The position numbers and the translations under genes are program-made. From contig JABWCP010000001.1 of the NCBI GenBank assembly GCA_013360215.1, positions 277,144-341,143 of the forward strand: DNA of 64,000 nt, read 5' to 3'. Position 1 is the first letter of the stretch, and every line of letters begins with the position of its first letter. Shown one piece after another: positions 10,364 through 20,894 of this stretch. Origin of the DNA: a bacterium (GTDB lineage: Bacteria; CLD3; SB21). The notes under the pieces are model-generated. The model was not told the DNA's origin. It worked only from the letters and a program-made list of their open reading frames with translations, and searched no databases.

Positions 10364-11038
10364 CTATAATTTCTTTTCCGATGCGGCGCCAAAAACTTTT
10401 TGATCTTTGTCATCCGGTGTCAGAAGTCCTACGAGCGCATACGCGATCAAGCCGACGGGAAATGCAATAATCGTGATAAGCACCCATGCGATACGCACAA
10501 TCGAAACATCAAGATTCCAGTGTTTAGCAGCGCCGGCACAAACGCCGAATATTTTTTTATTTTCAGACGCACGACGAAATGTACTTTCACTTGTTTTATT
10601 AAAAAATCCGACTGAACCGGCAAACCGGTTACGCGATGCTATCAAAAGAATTCCGGCAATAATAAATACCGTCGGTACTAAAAATTTCCATCCAAAGTGC
10701 CTCCAGAAAAAATGGAAATTAAAAAGATTCATCGTATCAAGGAACATTATCGCACCAATCAATATCAATATGGCGCCCCAGAAAAAACCATGGTTTACAG
10801 CACTTCGTTTTTCTATCAATTCCATATCAGGATCCTGCGTCAAACTGACGGGCTCGCGGGGTACAAGAACCATCGCCGTAATATAAGCCACCACACTAAT
10901 ACAATCCACAAACGCAAAAACAACAAACAAAAGTCTCACTAAAGCTACATTCACATTAAAATATTCGGATAGACCTGCACACACGCCGTCCACCATTTTA
11001 TCACGACGCGACTTAAAAAGTTGCTTTGTTGTTTCCAT
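10364..11038 (-). CDS. PspC-domain protein (two PspC domains flanking a LiaF-like TM segment)
   Basis: DKMVDGVCAGLSEYF and KKIFGVCAGAAKHW repeats; start METTK at 11038 behind AGGAG. Confidence 0.85.
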   Translation of the reverse strand: METTKQLFKSRRDKMVDGVCAGLSEYFNVNVALVRLLFVVFAFVDCISVVAYITAMVLVPREPVSLTQDPDMELIEKRSAVNHGFFWGAILILIGAIMFLDTMNLFNFHFFWRHFGWKFLVPTVFIIAGILLIASRNRFAGSVGFFNKTSESTFRRASENKKIFGVCAGAAKHWNLDVSIVRIAWVLITIIAFPVGLIAYALVGLLTPDDKDQKVFGAASEKKL

Positions 11039-11143
11039 GGTATCTCCTGATTCAAAATAATGTCCATAGATAAGAACGTGTATCTTCCAAAAATGTTGCA
11101 TTTTTTAGTTAATTTGTTTAGTTCCAATGCGAGGAGATTTGCT

Positions 11144-12046
11144 TTGAATAATATACTACTACTCGGTATTTGTTTTATTTTGGGTATCGGCTTGCGTAAA
11201 AGTGGACGTTTCCATGAAAAAACGGCGGTCGTGCTTAATGCTTTTATTATTCACATCGCCCTACCAGCCTTAACATTACTACATGTCCACACTTTAAAAG
11301 TAAGTGCTGATATATGGCTCCCCGCCAGCATGGCATGGTTTTTCTTTGCAATTTCTGCTGTAACTTTTTATGGGCTCAGCCATTTACTCCATTGGGATAG
11401 AAGCACTACCGGCTGTATGATGCTTGTCGGCGGCCTTGGAAATACCTCTTTTCTTGGTGTCCCGATGATTGAAACGTTTTTCGGAAAAGAAGGCATTCCG
11501 ATCGGGCTTGTCGTGGACCAACTCGGCTCATTTCTTGTTATATCAACCTTGGGTATTTGGACAGCCAATTATTACCAGGGTCAAAGCGTCGCGATGAAAT
11601 CGTTAATCAAACGCGTCATCGTTTTCCCGCCATTTATAGCACTCATGCTTGCTGTAGCACTCATACCTTATGAATTTCCCGTACCCTTGACCTATACGCT
11701 AGATCGGCTTGGACAAACTTTGGCACCGCTTGCGCTGTTCTCTGTAGGTTTCCAGGTTCGTTTTTCTAAAATAAATTCACTTCGTACACCGCTTGTTTTA
11801 GGTTTGAGCTTCAAATTGCTCATCGCGCCGGCTATGCTTTTTATTTTGTATAGCGCGCTAACGGCCGATCGCGATTTGCTTTTTGACATTACGATTTTTG
11901 AAGCTGCGATGCCGCCTATGATCACGGCGGCTATTTTGGCCACAGAGCACGATCTGCGACCTGAACTGGCCTCCCTGATGGTAGGTATAGGTATCATCGT
12001 ATCCATGTTTACGTTACCATTTTGGTGGGTACTTCTCACTCTCTAA
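11144..12046 (+). CDS. AEC (auxin efflux carrier/malate permease) family transporter
   Basis: IALPAL, GNTSFLGVP, PLALFSVG, EAAMPP; TTG start after GAGGAG. Confidence 0.88.
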   Translation: MNNILLLGICFILGIGLRKSGRFHEKTAVVLNAFIIHIALPALTLLHVHTLKVSADIWLPASMAWFFFAISAVTFYGLSHLLHWDRSTTGCMMLVGGLGNTSFLGVPMIETFFGKEGIPIGLVVDQLGSFLVISTLGIWTANYYQGQSVAMKSLIKRVIVFPPFIALMLAVALIPYEFPVPLTYTLDRLGQTLAPLALFSVGFQVRFSKINSLRTPLVLGLSFKLLIAPAMLFILYSALTADRDLLFDITIFEAAMPPMITAAILATEHDLRPELASLMVGIGIIVSMFTLPFWWVLLTL

Positions 12047-12104
12047 ATCCCGCTTGTAAAAAAAGACTTTTTTATTATATTGCGACCAAAATTAAGGAGA
12101 TCCT

Positions 12105-12581
12105 ATGCCAGACACGATCATCGTTTTAGAAACCACGCAAGGTACAATCGAAGTAAAACTATTTCCTGACATTGCTCCCAAAGCTTCGGAAAATTTTGAG
12201 CAGCTTGTCGAAAAGGGCTATTATGACGGGATTATTTTTCATCGCATCATTAAAGATTTTATGATACAAGGCGGTGATCCTACAGGTACAGGGCGCGGCG
12301 GCCAATCCGTGTGGGGAATGCCTTTTGATGACGAATTCAGTTTCAAGGTTCAATTTGATAAACCGGGTATTCTTGCCATGGCTAATGCCGGCCCGCGCAC
12401 CAACGGAAGCCAGTTCTTTATTACGACAGTTCCCACACCGTGGCTCAATAACCGTCATACGATTTTCGGTGAAGTGATTAGCGGGTATGATGTAGTAAAG
12501 AAATTGGAAGGGGTTAAAACTAATCCGATGGATAAACCGTTACAAGATCAAAAAATCACCAAAGCCTATAAGAAAGCTTGA
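12105..12581 (+). CDS. cyclophilin-type peptidyl-prolyl isomerase
   Basis: [39 protein letters not shown]. Confidence 0.96.
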   Translation: MPDTIIVLETTQGTIEVKLFPDIAPKASENFEQLVEKGYYDGIIFHRIIKDFMIQGGDPTGTGRGGQSVWGMPFDDEFSFKVQFDKPGILAMANAGPRTNGSQFFITTVPTPWLNNRHTIFGEVISGYDVVKKLEGVKTNPMDKPLQDQKITKAYKKA

Positions 12582-12588
12582 TCGGCAC

Positions 12589-13548
12589 ATGATGCCCTAT
12601 CGCATACTTTTATATTATAAATTTACTGAAATATCGGATTACGAAAAATTTGCGGCCGAGCATCTTGCGTTATGCCAATCGCTCGGCCTTTTGGGGCGGA
12701 TCATCGTTGCTCCGGAAGGTATAAACGGTACGGTTTCAGGTACGGTAGAACAAACCGACATTTACCAAAAAACAATCCTGTCGGATCCGCGTTTTTCGGA
12801 TATGGTTATTAAGTCCGATCCATCCGATAAACATGCTTTTCGCCGCCTTTCAGTCAAAGCTCGCACAGAAATTGTTACATTAGGCCCGGATAATGTCAAT
12901 CCGGTCGAAAAAACAGGTCGCTATTTAGAACCACCTGATTTTTATGCCGCGATGCAAGAACCGGATGTTGTGATCATCGATGCGCGTAATGACTACGAGT
13001 ACGATATGGGTCACTTTAAAGGGGCAATACGACCTGATGTAAGTAACTTCAAAGAATTTCCCGCGTGGGTTCGCCAAAACCTCAGTTCTTATCGTGATAA
13101 AAAGGTTCTTACGTATTGTACCGGCGGCATTCGCTGTGAAAAATTTACCGGTTTGCTAATCAATGAAGGATTTAAAGACGTCTATCAACTGCATGGCGGC
13201 ATTGTAATGTACGGCAAGCATCCTGATACGCAGGGCAGAGACTTTGAAGGCAAAATGTATGTGTTCGATGAACGCATCGGCGTCGAAGTCAACCATACAG
13301 AAACAGCGTCCATCATTACTCGGTGTTTATACTGTGAAGCTGTGACAGACCACTTTGTCAACTGTGCACACTTGGACTGTCACAAAAGTTTTTATATATG
13401 TGCCGCGTGTGACCGCGCCAACCAACGCAGTTGCTCCGAAGCCTGCAAAAATGCAGAACATCATGAATACCGTGTACTCGGCGACGCACTTTTCGAAGCC
13501 CCCTTAACACCGCGCGGCTTATTTAAATCCATATTGCCAACTTCCTGA
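12589..13548 (+). CDS. trhO: rhodanese-domain tRNA uridine(34) hydroxylase (UPF0176/YceA)
   Basis: GRIIVAPEGINGT, DARNDYE, YCTGGIRCEK, YVFDER and C-terminal Cys cluster. Confidence 0.88.
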   Translation: MMPYRILLYYKFTEISDYEKFAAEHLALCQSLGLLGRIIVAPEGINGTVSGTVEQTDIYQKTILSDPRFSDMVIKSDPSDKHAFRRLSVKARTEIVTLGPDNVNPVEKTGRYLEPPDFYAAMQEPDVVIIDARNDYEYDMGHFKGAIRPDVSNFKEFPAWVRQNLSSYRDKKVLTYCTGGIRCEKFTGLLINEGFKDVYQLHGGIVMYGKHPDTQGRDFEGKMYVFDERIGVEVNHTETASIITRCLYCEAVTDHFVNCAHLDCHKSFYICAACDRANQRSCSEACKNAEHHEYRVLGDALFEAPLTPRGLFKSILPTS

Positions 13549-13592
13549 ATTGTCGCCCAAATTCATTGCATTTCAATCCTATATTCTATAGG

Positions 13593-13616
13593 TTATACGT
13601 AACATATTACGTATAA
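13593..13616. promoter_or_regulatory. perfect inverted repeat, candidate MarR operator
   Basis: TTATACGTAA-CATA-TTACGTATAA, 12 nt upstream of the MarR-GNAT start. Confidence 0.7.
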
Positions 13617-13628
13617 ATAGAGTCAATT

Positions 13629-14576
13629 ATGGATACAGTAAAACACTTGGGTGAGCTTGCCATCGGAAGCAGACTTCGCCGACTCAGTGACCGACTTTTA
13701 GCCAATGTAAATCGTATCTATCAGGAACACGGGTTAAATTTTGAAACGCGTTGGTTTTTGATGTTTTACCAATTGCATCTCAAGTCGCCCATGTCTATTA
13801 CAGAGATTGCGGCAGCTACCGGTTTTACACATCCGGCTATTATCCAACTATCGGATGAATTAATTAAGGTTGGATTGATCGCATCCGTTACCGATACCAC
13901 AGATAAGCGTCGCCGTCTGATTTCTTTGTCGGCCAAAGGCATCGAAATGCTGGGTCATTTGAAACCGGTATGGCATCAAATCGAAGAAGCGCACCGCCAG
14001 ATCAGTCGCGAAATCGGTATGGATCTACTTTCCACGCTTGAGCGCTACGAAGAAATACTTGATGAACGTGACATCTATGAGCGTGTCACCCACGCGACAA
14101 AAGTTTCTTCTGCCTCTGATATTGTAATTCATACGTATGCACCGCGTTTCAAAAAATATTTCAAATCGCTCAATATCGAATGGTTAAAAAAATTTTTTAC
14201 AATTGAGCCATTGGATCGAAAAATACTATCCCATCCCGAAACCATCATAAAAGACGGCGGTGAAATATTTTTTGCCGAGTGGAATGGAAAAATCGTTGGC
14301 ACTTGCGCTGTACTAAACAATAAAGCCGGAATTTATGAACTAGCCAAAATGGCTGTAACCGAAAAAGCGCAAGGTAAACACATCGGATGGAAACTCGGAT
14401 CGCATGCGATCACGTGGGCACAGAAAAGCAAAGGTAAAACAATGGTTTTAGAAACAAGTCGAAAATTGGATGCCGCGTTAGCCTTGTATCGCAAATTAGG
14501 TTTTGTATTGGTTGCTAATCCCGAGCCATCCAAATATGAACGTTCCACGATCAAAATGGAGTTGCGATTGAGGTAA
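13629..14576 (+). CDS. bifunctional MarR-type HTH regulator / GNAT acetyltransferase
   Basis: N-terminal wHTH (SITEIA, DKRRRLISLS-KG); C-terminal GNAT (ELAKMAV, QGKHIG, LYRKLGF). Confidence 0.88.
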   Translation: MDTVKHLGELAIGSRLRRLSDRLLANVNRIYQEHGLNFETRWFLMFYQLHLKSPMSITEIAAATGFTHPAIIQLSDELIKVGLIASVTDTTDKRRRLISLSAKGIEMLGHLKPVWHQIEEAHRQISREIGMDLLSTLERYEEILDERDIYERVTHATKVSSASDIVIHTYAPRFKKYFKSLNIEWLKKFFTIEPLDRKILSHPETIIKDGGEIFFAEWNGKIVGTCAVLNNKAGIYELAKMAVTEKAQGKHIGWKLGSHAITWAQKSKGKTMVLETSRKLDAALALYRKLGFVLVANPEPSKYERSTIKMELRLR

Positions 14577-14578
14577 GA

Positions 14579-15475
14579 TTATCCTCCGATTTTAGACCGT
14601 TTTGCGATATACTCCCTCAAGGCCACATCAAAGGGCGTTTTAGTATCCAGCAAAACGTAATCGACCCGGCTTTCTCTGCACCGGCGGCGATAATAATCAC
14701 AAAACGATTCTACTTCTTGAGCGTAGGCTTTGCGAATGTGCCAAGGCTGCGTTGCCAATTGTTCTCCGGTTTCCAAGTCATCAAAAACCACATCGCCTTC
14801 AAAATCCAGAGTGCGCTCCGCATGGTCCAGCACATGAAACACGATCACTTCATGGCCGTCATGACGAAAGTGCCGTAGTGCGTGCACGACATCCTCCGCT
14901 TCATCCAAAAGATCGCTTATCAGAATTACAAGCCCTCGCCGTTTGATGCGTTCGGCTACGGCATGAAGATTCTCCGCAATGCGCGTAGTTTCGTGATATG
15001 ATATATTCTGCAAAGCCTCTTCGATCGTTTTGATATAACCCAGCGTTGCACGGGGGGGCAAATACTTACGCAACACTTTATCAAAAATGGCAAGCCCGGC
15101 AGCATCTTTTTGATGAATCATCAAATACGCCAGCGAAGCCGCCAGATATCCGCCATATTGAAGCTTATTCACCTCGCCCGTTCCAAACGTCATGGATGCA
15201 CTTGTATCAAGCACAATATGGCATTTGAGATTCGTCTCCTCCTCAAACCGCTTCACGTAATACCGCGAAGTACGGCCGTACACTTTCCAATCTATCGAAC
15301 GTATTTCGTCACCGGGCATATATTGCCGGTGCTCCGCAAACTCAACGCTGAAACCGTGATATGGGCTTTTATGGAGTCCCGTAATAAATCCTTCGACTAC
15401 GAAACGCGCAATCATCTCCAGGTTGGCTAGGCGTGCAACCACATCGGGTTGCAAATATTTTTTAAAGTCTGTCAT
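14579..15475 (-). CDS. DUF58 / VWA-like protein (MoxR-associated family)
   Basis: GLHKSPYHGFSVEFAEHRQYMPGDE, IDWKVY, DTSASM MIDAS-like motif, ILISD. Confidence 0.9.
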   Translation of the reverse strand: MTDFKKYLQPDVVARLANLEMIARFVVEGFITGLHKSPYHGFSVEFAEHRQYMPGDEIRSIDWKVYGRTSRYYVKRFEEETNLKCHIVLDTSASMTFGTGEVNKLQYGGYLAASLAYLMIHQKDAAGLAIFDKVLRKYLPPRATLGYIKTIEEALQNISYHETTRIAENLHAVAERIKRRGLVILISDLLDEAEDVVHALRHFRHDGHEVIVFHVLDHAERTLDFEGDVVFDDLETGEQLATQPWHIRKAYAQEVESFCDYYRRRCRESRVDYVLLDTKTPFDVALREYIAKRSKIGG

Positions 15476-15480
15476 GTGTT

Positions 15481-15511
15481 AAAAAAATAATCCCGCACAG
15501 GGCGGGATTAT
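15481..15511 (-). terminator. intrinsic terminator after the large Omp85-like gene
   Basis: Minus strand ATAATCCCGC-CCTGT-GCGGGATTAT followed by TTTTTT. Confidence 0.8.
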
Positions 15512-15532
15512 GATACTCAATGTTTTTCTAAA

Positions 15533-18500
15533 TTAAAAATCCGATCCTATCGAAAAATAATGTTTGGCATTATCACCACGAAAACGCGGGTTTCGAATAT
15601 TCCAAGCCAGATCGTAGCGCAGGATAAAAAATCCTACGAACGCACGTATACCGAAACCATAACCTATGCGAGCATCCTGAAATACGGGGTTCCCTTCACC
15701 TTGCAAGGTCTGACCCCAGTTAAAGCGGCCTTTGTTATACACAATTTTTCCATTTCGGTCTATATAACGGTAGTTTGCTCTTGTGGAATCACCCGTAATA
15801 GGATCAACAAATGTCCGATTTTTACCTCCCCAAGCCGCACCAAAATCAACAAAAGTCACGCCGCGTATTTGTTGGAGGAACATGGGAAGGGGAAAACCCA
15901 ACTGCATGAAGTGAACGAGTGGGAAACGAAACTCAAAATTGGTGATAAAATATCGTGTACCCTGAAGTTCATAATAATTACTTCCGCGCAGCGGGGAAAC
16001 ATACGTGGCAAGAAAGTCTTCAAACGTATCCACTAAAATATCACCGTTATTAAATCGGGGAAGAATCCAATTATCCAATCCACCTACAAAAAAGCGTTGC
16101 GGATCACGTCCAAATGTTGCACCAGCACTAGCACGGGTCGCAATCGCATAAAACTTTTTGAACCAAAAATACTTCCTACCATCTACGGTAGCTGTTACGA
16201 AGCGAAGTCCATTTTGCCCATATCCCGGGCTAGCCGTCAATGATATTTGAGCACGTTGGCCGTCAAAAGGACCGAAATATGTGTTAAGAGCATTATCATT
16301 GACCAGTGACAAAGAAAAAACCGTGTTATTGGACTGTCGCGACGATCCTAAGCCTGTAGTATCTTTTCGAGGCATATCATAACGATCTCGCGCATTCCAC
16401 GATGTCTCTCGCGCCAGAACGATCTGCGTTGCTGAAAAATCGACCCGATTAAACTTATTAATAGGACGCGAGGCATTTAATCCAAGACCATAAAAACGAA
16501 AACGCACAAAACTATCGTAAATACCATCGGGGCGATTATAGATAGGGTATCCCGTTATCGGATCGGCAGATAACTCATCTACGTAATCCGTCGCAAAAGC
16601 ATACGCTGAATGAAAGGCTGTAATACCATAATCCGTACGATTGGCTAAATAGTAGTATGAACCGGTAAAGCTACTGTTTTTGAGATCAAAAAATAAATTA
16701 GTTCCCAACAGAAGCCTGTGATCACCCAGCATATCACTAAATGCAAATTGTGTTACACCTTGAAAACCAGTCATCGTATTGAATCCGGCGGTACCATATA
16801 CCATATCCGGTGAAAATTTTACGCGATAACGTCGAACACGGTAATCACCTTTTTCGTTTTTATAAACATTTTCCGGTAACTCCACAGCTTCTTCCGGTTC
16901 TTCTTCATCCTTAACGGAGGAACTATTATTTTCATCTTCTAGTCCGGCAAATACGAAGTTTCGATAAGATACCTGCGATTCTTGTATTTTCAAAGAATCA
17001 ACTTTGGGGTCCGTCACCGTTGAAGACTCCCCTTCATTGGATGAAACTAACTTGTCATGTTTTTTAATACCAATTTCATCCGCTAAAGTTTCAGGTAAAT
17101 CATGATCTTTACGAAATTTTTTCATCGAAATCGTAATCGGCAGTTCTACAGGTTTCATTTCAAACGGGTTCTTCAACGTATAAACATCGAACCCACTTCT
17201 ATTGAAGCCTGAGAATGTCAAAAATTTACCATCTTTGCTGAGAGAAGGTTGGAAAATACCACTTAAGTTATTGGTAATAGCGTAATTTTTTTTCTCTTTG
17301 AGATCAGCAACGTAAATATTGCTTACACCATTTCGATCCGAAGTGAAAAGAAGTTTACTATTATCCGGGCCCCACTCCGGCCATGAGTCATTCATTTCAT
17401 CCGTCGTAATGCGCTCCATACCCGAACCATCCGCATTCATCACGTAGATATCTGTTTGACGGTACTCAAAATTGATCATTTTAAAACCGTCGGGTTGTTT
17501 ACCCAGAATATCACGTCGGTCCGATACAAAAGCGATTTTACTGCCATCGCGACTATAAACCGCACGACTATCACTAAACACATCGTCTGTCAGTTTAGAT
17601 AATTTACCGCTCGCCAATTCAAACTCAAAAACATCGCTTTGGCCAAAACGCATTCCGGAAAAGGCGATTTTTTTTCCATCCGGGCTCCACGAACCGCCAA
17701 ATACGCCTTCTAGATCCGGCCAACTATATTTTGTAATATCTCCCGTCATCACATCTACGACCAGTAAGGCGTCATTATCGCTGGCTTTCGCTGCAAAGAC
17801 CAATTTTTTGCTGTCCGGTGACCAGCTCATACCCGGACTGAGCCAATGTAATTCTTCAAGGTTAGGTGTTTTTTCTCCGGACACGAGCTTTTTCAACGGC
17901 ATGCCGTCGTATGCTGAAATTAACATAATATCCGCGTAACCCGATTTATCCGTAAGATATGCGATTTTATCACCATTCGGAGAAATCGTAGGCGTCATGT
18001 TATAGAAATTTTCGTCCTTTAAGTGATTGGTCAACGCTTTACCGATTTCTTTTACTGAAACCATCTGTGAAATATCAGGATAATAAATTTTACGCTGATA
18101 CGTCGCCCACTTATCGGAAAACTCTTCTTCTTTCATACCGAAGGTAGATTCAAATGTAGCATTGGGTGTTCCTGCAACACGCAGTTTGGTCATAAATTCA
18201 GCTACTTTTTCTCGCCCGTATTTTTCCTCCATATATCGAAAAACGGTCGGTCCCGCCGTATAAACAGCATAACCACCCATTTGATTCAATGGCGGTAAGT
18301 AAGCTTCCATCACTGCATCGCGTACAAACATATCCGATTGGGTATTAAATGCACCATAACGCGACGAGTACTCTGCAAGACCTTCGGCGACCCACAGCGG
18401 CACCTGCACGCGAATCCGGCCGGAAATAATACCTTGGATCGAACCACCGTACATATAATCATTCATCACCCCGTGTACCAACTCGTGGTGGATCACGTGA

Positions 18501-18916
18501 CGAAACTGTTCGTAAGAGCCTTCAAACGGAATGACGACCCGATTTTTAAATAATTCCGTAACACCGCCGATGCCCTCGGACATATATTCGTCCAGGACGT
18601 TGGTTTGTTGAAATTGGTTATGCGAGTTATAAACAACCAAAGCGATGCGGCTTTGAATATCATAATTGCGAAAGCACTCTTTAATATGAACGTATGCGCT
18701 TTCGGCAACTTCGGCCGTAAAACGCGCAATGTCCTCGCCGCCTTTGTAATAATAAATGTCAAAGTGCTTGGATTGAATGTAACGCCAGTTGAACTCCTGA
18801 TATTGTACCTTATTCTGGCCAAACCATTTTTGCTCTTCCTGGGCTGCGACTTTGCCGGTCAATAAATAGACGGTCAACATGATAAAACCAACGGGGAGCC
18901 TGAAAAAACTCCGCAT
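15533..18916 (-). CDS. exported protein: zinc-peptidase-like domain + TolB/PD40 beta-propeller + Omp85/BamA-like barrel
   Basis: Start MRSFF at 18916 behind AGGAGG; signal peptide; HELVH plus WVAEGLAEY; repeated WSPD/SPDG blades; LRG, EFRFP and FVDFG motifs; terminal Phe. Confidence 0.8.
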   Translation of the reverse strand: MRSFFRLPVGFIMLTVYLLTGKVAAQEEQKWFGQNKVQYQEFNWRYIQSKHFDIYYYKGGEDIARFTAEVAESAYVHIKECFRNYDIQSRIALVVYNSHNQFQQTNVLDEYMSEGIGGVTELFKNRVVIPFEGSYEQFRHVIHHELVHGVMNDYMYGGSIQGIISGRIRVQVPLWVAEGLAEYSSRYGAFNTQSDMFVRDAVMEAYLPPLNQMGGYAVYTAGPTVFRYMEEKYGREKVAEFMTKLRVAGTPNATFESTFGMKEEEFSDKWATYQRKIYYPDISQMVSVKEIGKALTNHLKDENFYNMTPTISPNGDKIAYLTDKSGYADIMLISAYDGMPLKKLVSGEKTPNLEELHWLSPGMSWSPDSKKLVFAAKASDNDALLVVDVMTGDITKYSWPDLEGVFGGSWSPDGKKIAFSGMRFGQSDVFEFELASGKLSKLTDDVFSDSRAVYSRDGSKIAFVSDRRDILGKQPDGFKMINFEYRQTDIYVMNADGSGMERITTDEMNDSWPEWGPDNSKLLFTSDRNGVSNIYVADLKEKKNYAITNNLSGIFQPSLSKDGKFLTFSGFNRSGFDVYTLKNPFEMKPVELPITISMKKFRKDHDLPETLADEIGIKKHDKLVSSNEGESSTVTDPKVDSLKIQESQVSYRNFVFAGLEDENNSSSVKDEEEPEEAVELPENVYKNEKGDYRVRRYRVKFSPDMVYGTAGFNTMTGFQGVTQFAFSDMLGDHRLLLGTNLFFDLKNSSFTGSYYYLANRTDYGITAFHSAYAFATDYVDELSADPITGYPIYNRPDGIYDSFVRFRFYGLGLNASRPINKFNRVDFSATQIVLARETSWNARDRYDMPRKDTTGLGSSRQSNNTVFSLSLVNDNALNTYFGPFDGQRAQISLTASPGYGQNGLRFVTATVDGRKYFWFKKFYAIATRASAGATFGRDPQRFFVGGLDNWILPRFNNGDILVDTFEDFLATYVSPLRGSNYYELQGTRYFITNFEFRFPLVHFMQLGFPLPMFLQQIRGVTFVDFGAAWGGKNRTFVDPITGDSTRANYRYIDRNGKIVYNKGRFNWGQTLQGEGNPVFQDARIGYGFGIRAFVGFFILRYDLAWNIRNPRFRGDNAKHYFSIGSDF

Positions 18917-19117
18917 ACGAAACCTCCTTACAAAGGAATATTTTAACCTGGAAATGACTAAGAGATATACGCAGTAAATGATTAAAGGTTTAACGGCACA
19001 GCTACAAAAAATGATTTGCCAGAAACGAGTCAAACCGCTATATTCCGCGCGCTTATTAAATAGTCTATACAAAAAGACAACAACATTCAAGCATAAACAC
19101 GACCCGAGGAGTACCGC

Positions 19118-19543
19118 ATGAGCCGCCATACGTTGGCCATTCTAAAACCCGATTGTGTACGTAACAATCAACAAGGCGCCGTGATCGCCGAAATCCAGAA
19201 AGCCGGATTCAAAATCATCGCGATGAAACAGACTCGTTTGACGAAAGCCCAAGCTGAAGGCTTTTACGAAGTGCATCGTCAGCGTCCTTTTTTCGGTGAA
19301 CTCACCGAGTTTATGAGCTCCGGCCCTTGCGTGCCGATGGTCTTAGAAAAAGACAATGCCGTTGCGGCATTTCGTACAACTATAGGCGCTACAGATCCCA
19401 AAGAAGCGGCTGAAGGCACGATTCGTAAACTATTTGCATCCAGCAAAGCGGAAAATGTTATCCACGGCTCCGATTCAGATGATAATGCAAAAAATGAAAT
19501 CGCATACTTTTTTGCCCACAGCGAATTGATCGCGATACGCTAG
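19118..19543 (+). CDS. ndk: nucleoside diphosphate kinase
   Basis: [28 protein letters not shown]. Confidence 0.97.
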   Translation: MSRHTLAILKPDCVRNNQQGAVIAEIQKAGFKIIAMKQTRLTKAQAEGFYEVHRQRPFFGELTEFMSSGPCVPMVLEKDNAVAAFRTTIGATDPKEAAEGTIRKLFASSKAENVIHGSDSDDNAKNEIAYFFAHSELIAIR

Positions 19544-19561
19544 TTGTCATAGAACATTTTT

Positions 19562-19610
19562 ACAGCGCAGGGTTCCGGTATAAACCGTTAAGCCTTGCGC
19601 TGTTTTACTT
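19562..19610 (+). terminator. terminator-like hairpin after ndk
   Basis: ACAGCGCAGGGTT pairs with AGCCTTGCGCTGT (G-U pairs), followed by a T-rich tract. Confidence 0.5.
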
Positions 19611-19622
19611 TGAGGACACACT

Positions 19623-20894
19623 ATGAATGCAGAAATCCTTGTCATCGGCGATGAAATCCTACTCGGATTGATAACGGATACCAACTCCGCTTATATCAGT
19701 CGTCGTCTTGCTCAATACGGTGTCGCCGTCACGCGTATTACCAAAGTCGGTGATCAAACAGAAATTATCACGGATGCGCTCCATGCATCATCAAGTCGAG
19801 CCTCTTTGGTTATCAGTTGCGGCGGTTTAGGTCCAACCCACGACGATAAAACGCGGGATGCGGCTGCTTTATTCCTCAACGTACCTCTGCAACTCAATGA
19901 AAGCGCATTAAAAGAAATAGAAACCCTGTATGTCAAAGCAGGGCGTACCATGAGTGCTACGAACCGTGTGCAAGCGATGATTCCCGAGGGTGCGATGTAT
20001 CTGAGTAATGAACGCGGCACCGCGCCGGGTCTTCACTTTATCAAAGGCGATACCGCGTTTTTTTGTTTTCAAGGCGTCCCCAAAGAAATGGAATGGATGA
20101 CCGAAAACTATCTTATTCCATTTGTACAAAAAAAGCCGTCATCGCACGTGGTTCGCTACAAAACCATTCGCACGACCGGTATTCCCGAATCGAATTTGTT
20201 TGAAACCCTGCGTTCGCAGGTGCAATCTTATCGTGAACGTTTGGATATCGCTTTTCTCCCCAAACTCACCGTGGGTGTAGATTTACGATTTACAGTCCAG
20301 AATATGACGGCTGAAAAGGCCGATTCGCTCTTGAACGAGACGGAAAAAGCTTTTCGTCAAACGATCGAGTCGGCCTATCCGCATGGCGTCTATGGTGAAG
20401 GAACGATTTCCCTTGAAGACGTTGTCGCCGATTTACTTTTTCGTCACAATCTGACCATCGCCACTGCCGAATCCTGCACCGGCGGCTTGATCGCTCACCG
20501 CTTGACCAATGTACCGGGCAGTTCCCGATATTTTATGCAAGGTATCACGACCTATAGCAATGCCGCAAAAGTGCAGCATGTAGGCGTTACCCAGACGCTG
20601 CTGGATGAACATGGCGCCGTAAGTGAACCCGTTGTCCGTGCCATGGCCGAAGGTATGCGCCGCGTTGCACAAACCGATATCGCGATCGCTACAACAGGAA
20701 TTGCCGGCCCCACAGGTGCGACCGAAACCAAACCGCTCGGGCTGGCGTACATCGCGCTGGCGACCGCCTCGGGCACGCATGTTTTCAAACATAGCCCGCT
20801 TCCCTTTTCCATCGAACGTCTTGCTTTTAAAGAACGATTATCCCAATTTGCGTTGGATCGTTTACGTCATTACTTGATCGGTTTATCAGTATGA
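19623..20894 (+). CDS. cinA: CinA family protein (molybdopterin-binding-like domain + NMN deamidase PncC domain)
   Basis: IGDEIL-DTN, GGLGPTHDD, GTAPG, AESCTGG, GSS-YF, GAVS, TTGIAGP. Confidence 0.92.
   Translation: MNAEILVIGDEILLGLITDTNSAYISRRLAQYGVAVTRITKVGDQTEIITDALHASSSRASLVISCGGLGPTHDDKTRDAAALFLNVPLQLNESALKEIETLYVKAGRTMSATNRVQAMIPEGAMYLSNERGTAPGLHFIKGDTAFFCFQGVPKEMEWMTENYLIPFVQKKPSSHVVRYKTIRTTGIPESNLFETLRSQVQSYRERLDIAFLPKLTVGVDLRFTVQNMTAEKADSLLNETEKAFRQTIESAYPHGVYGEGTISLEDVVADLLFRHNLTIATAESCTGGLIAHRLTNVPGSSRYFMQGITTYSNAAKVQHVGVTQTLLDEHGAVSEPVVRAMAEGMRRVAQTDIAIATTGIAGPTGATETKPLGLAYIALATASGTHVFKHSPLPFSIERLAFKERLSQFALDRLRHYLIGLSV

Noticed and set aside
18917-19129. N-terminal extension of the 1198-aa ORF; similar extensions on PspC, AEC, sufB and yhbY ORFs
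   Set aside because: Better starts with SD and family-typical N termini lie downstream; extensions overlap neighbouring genes or promoters
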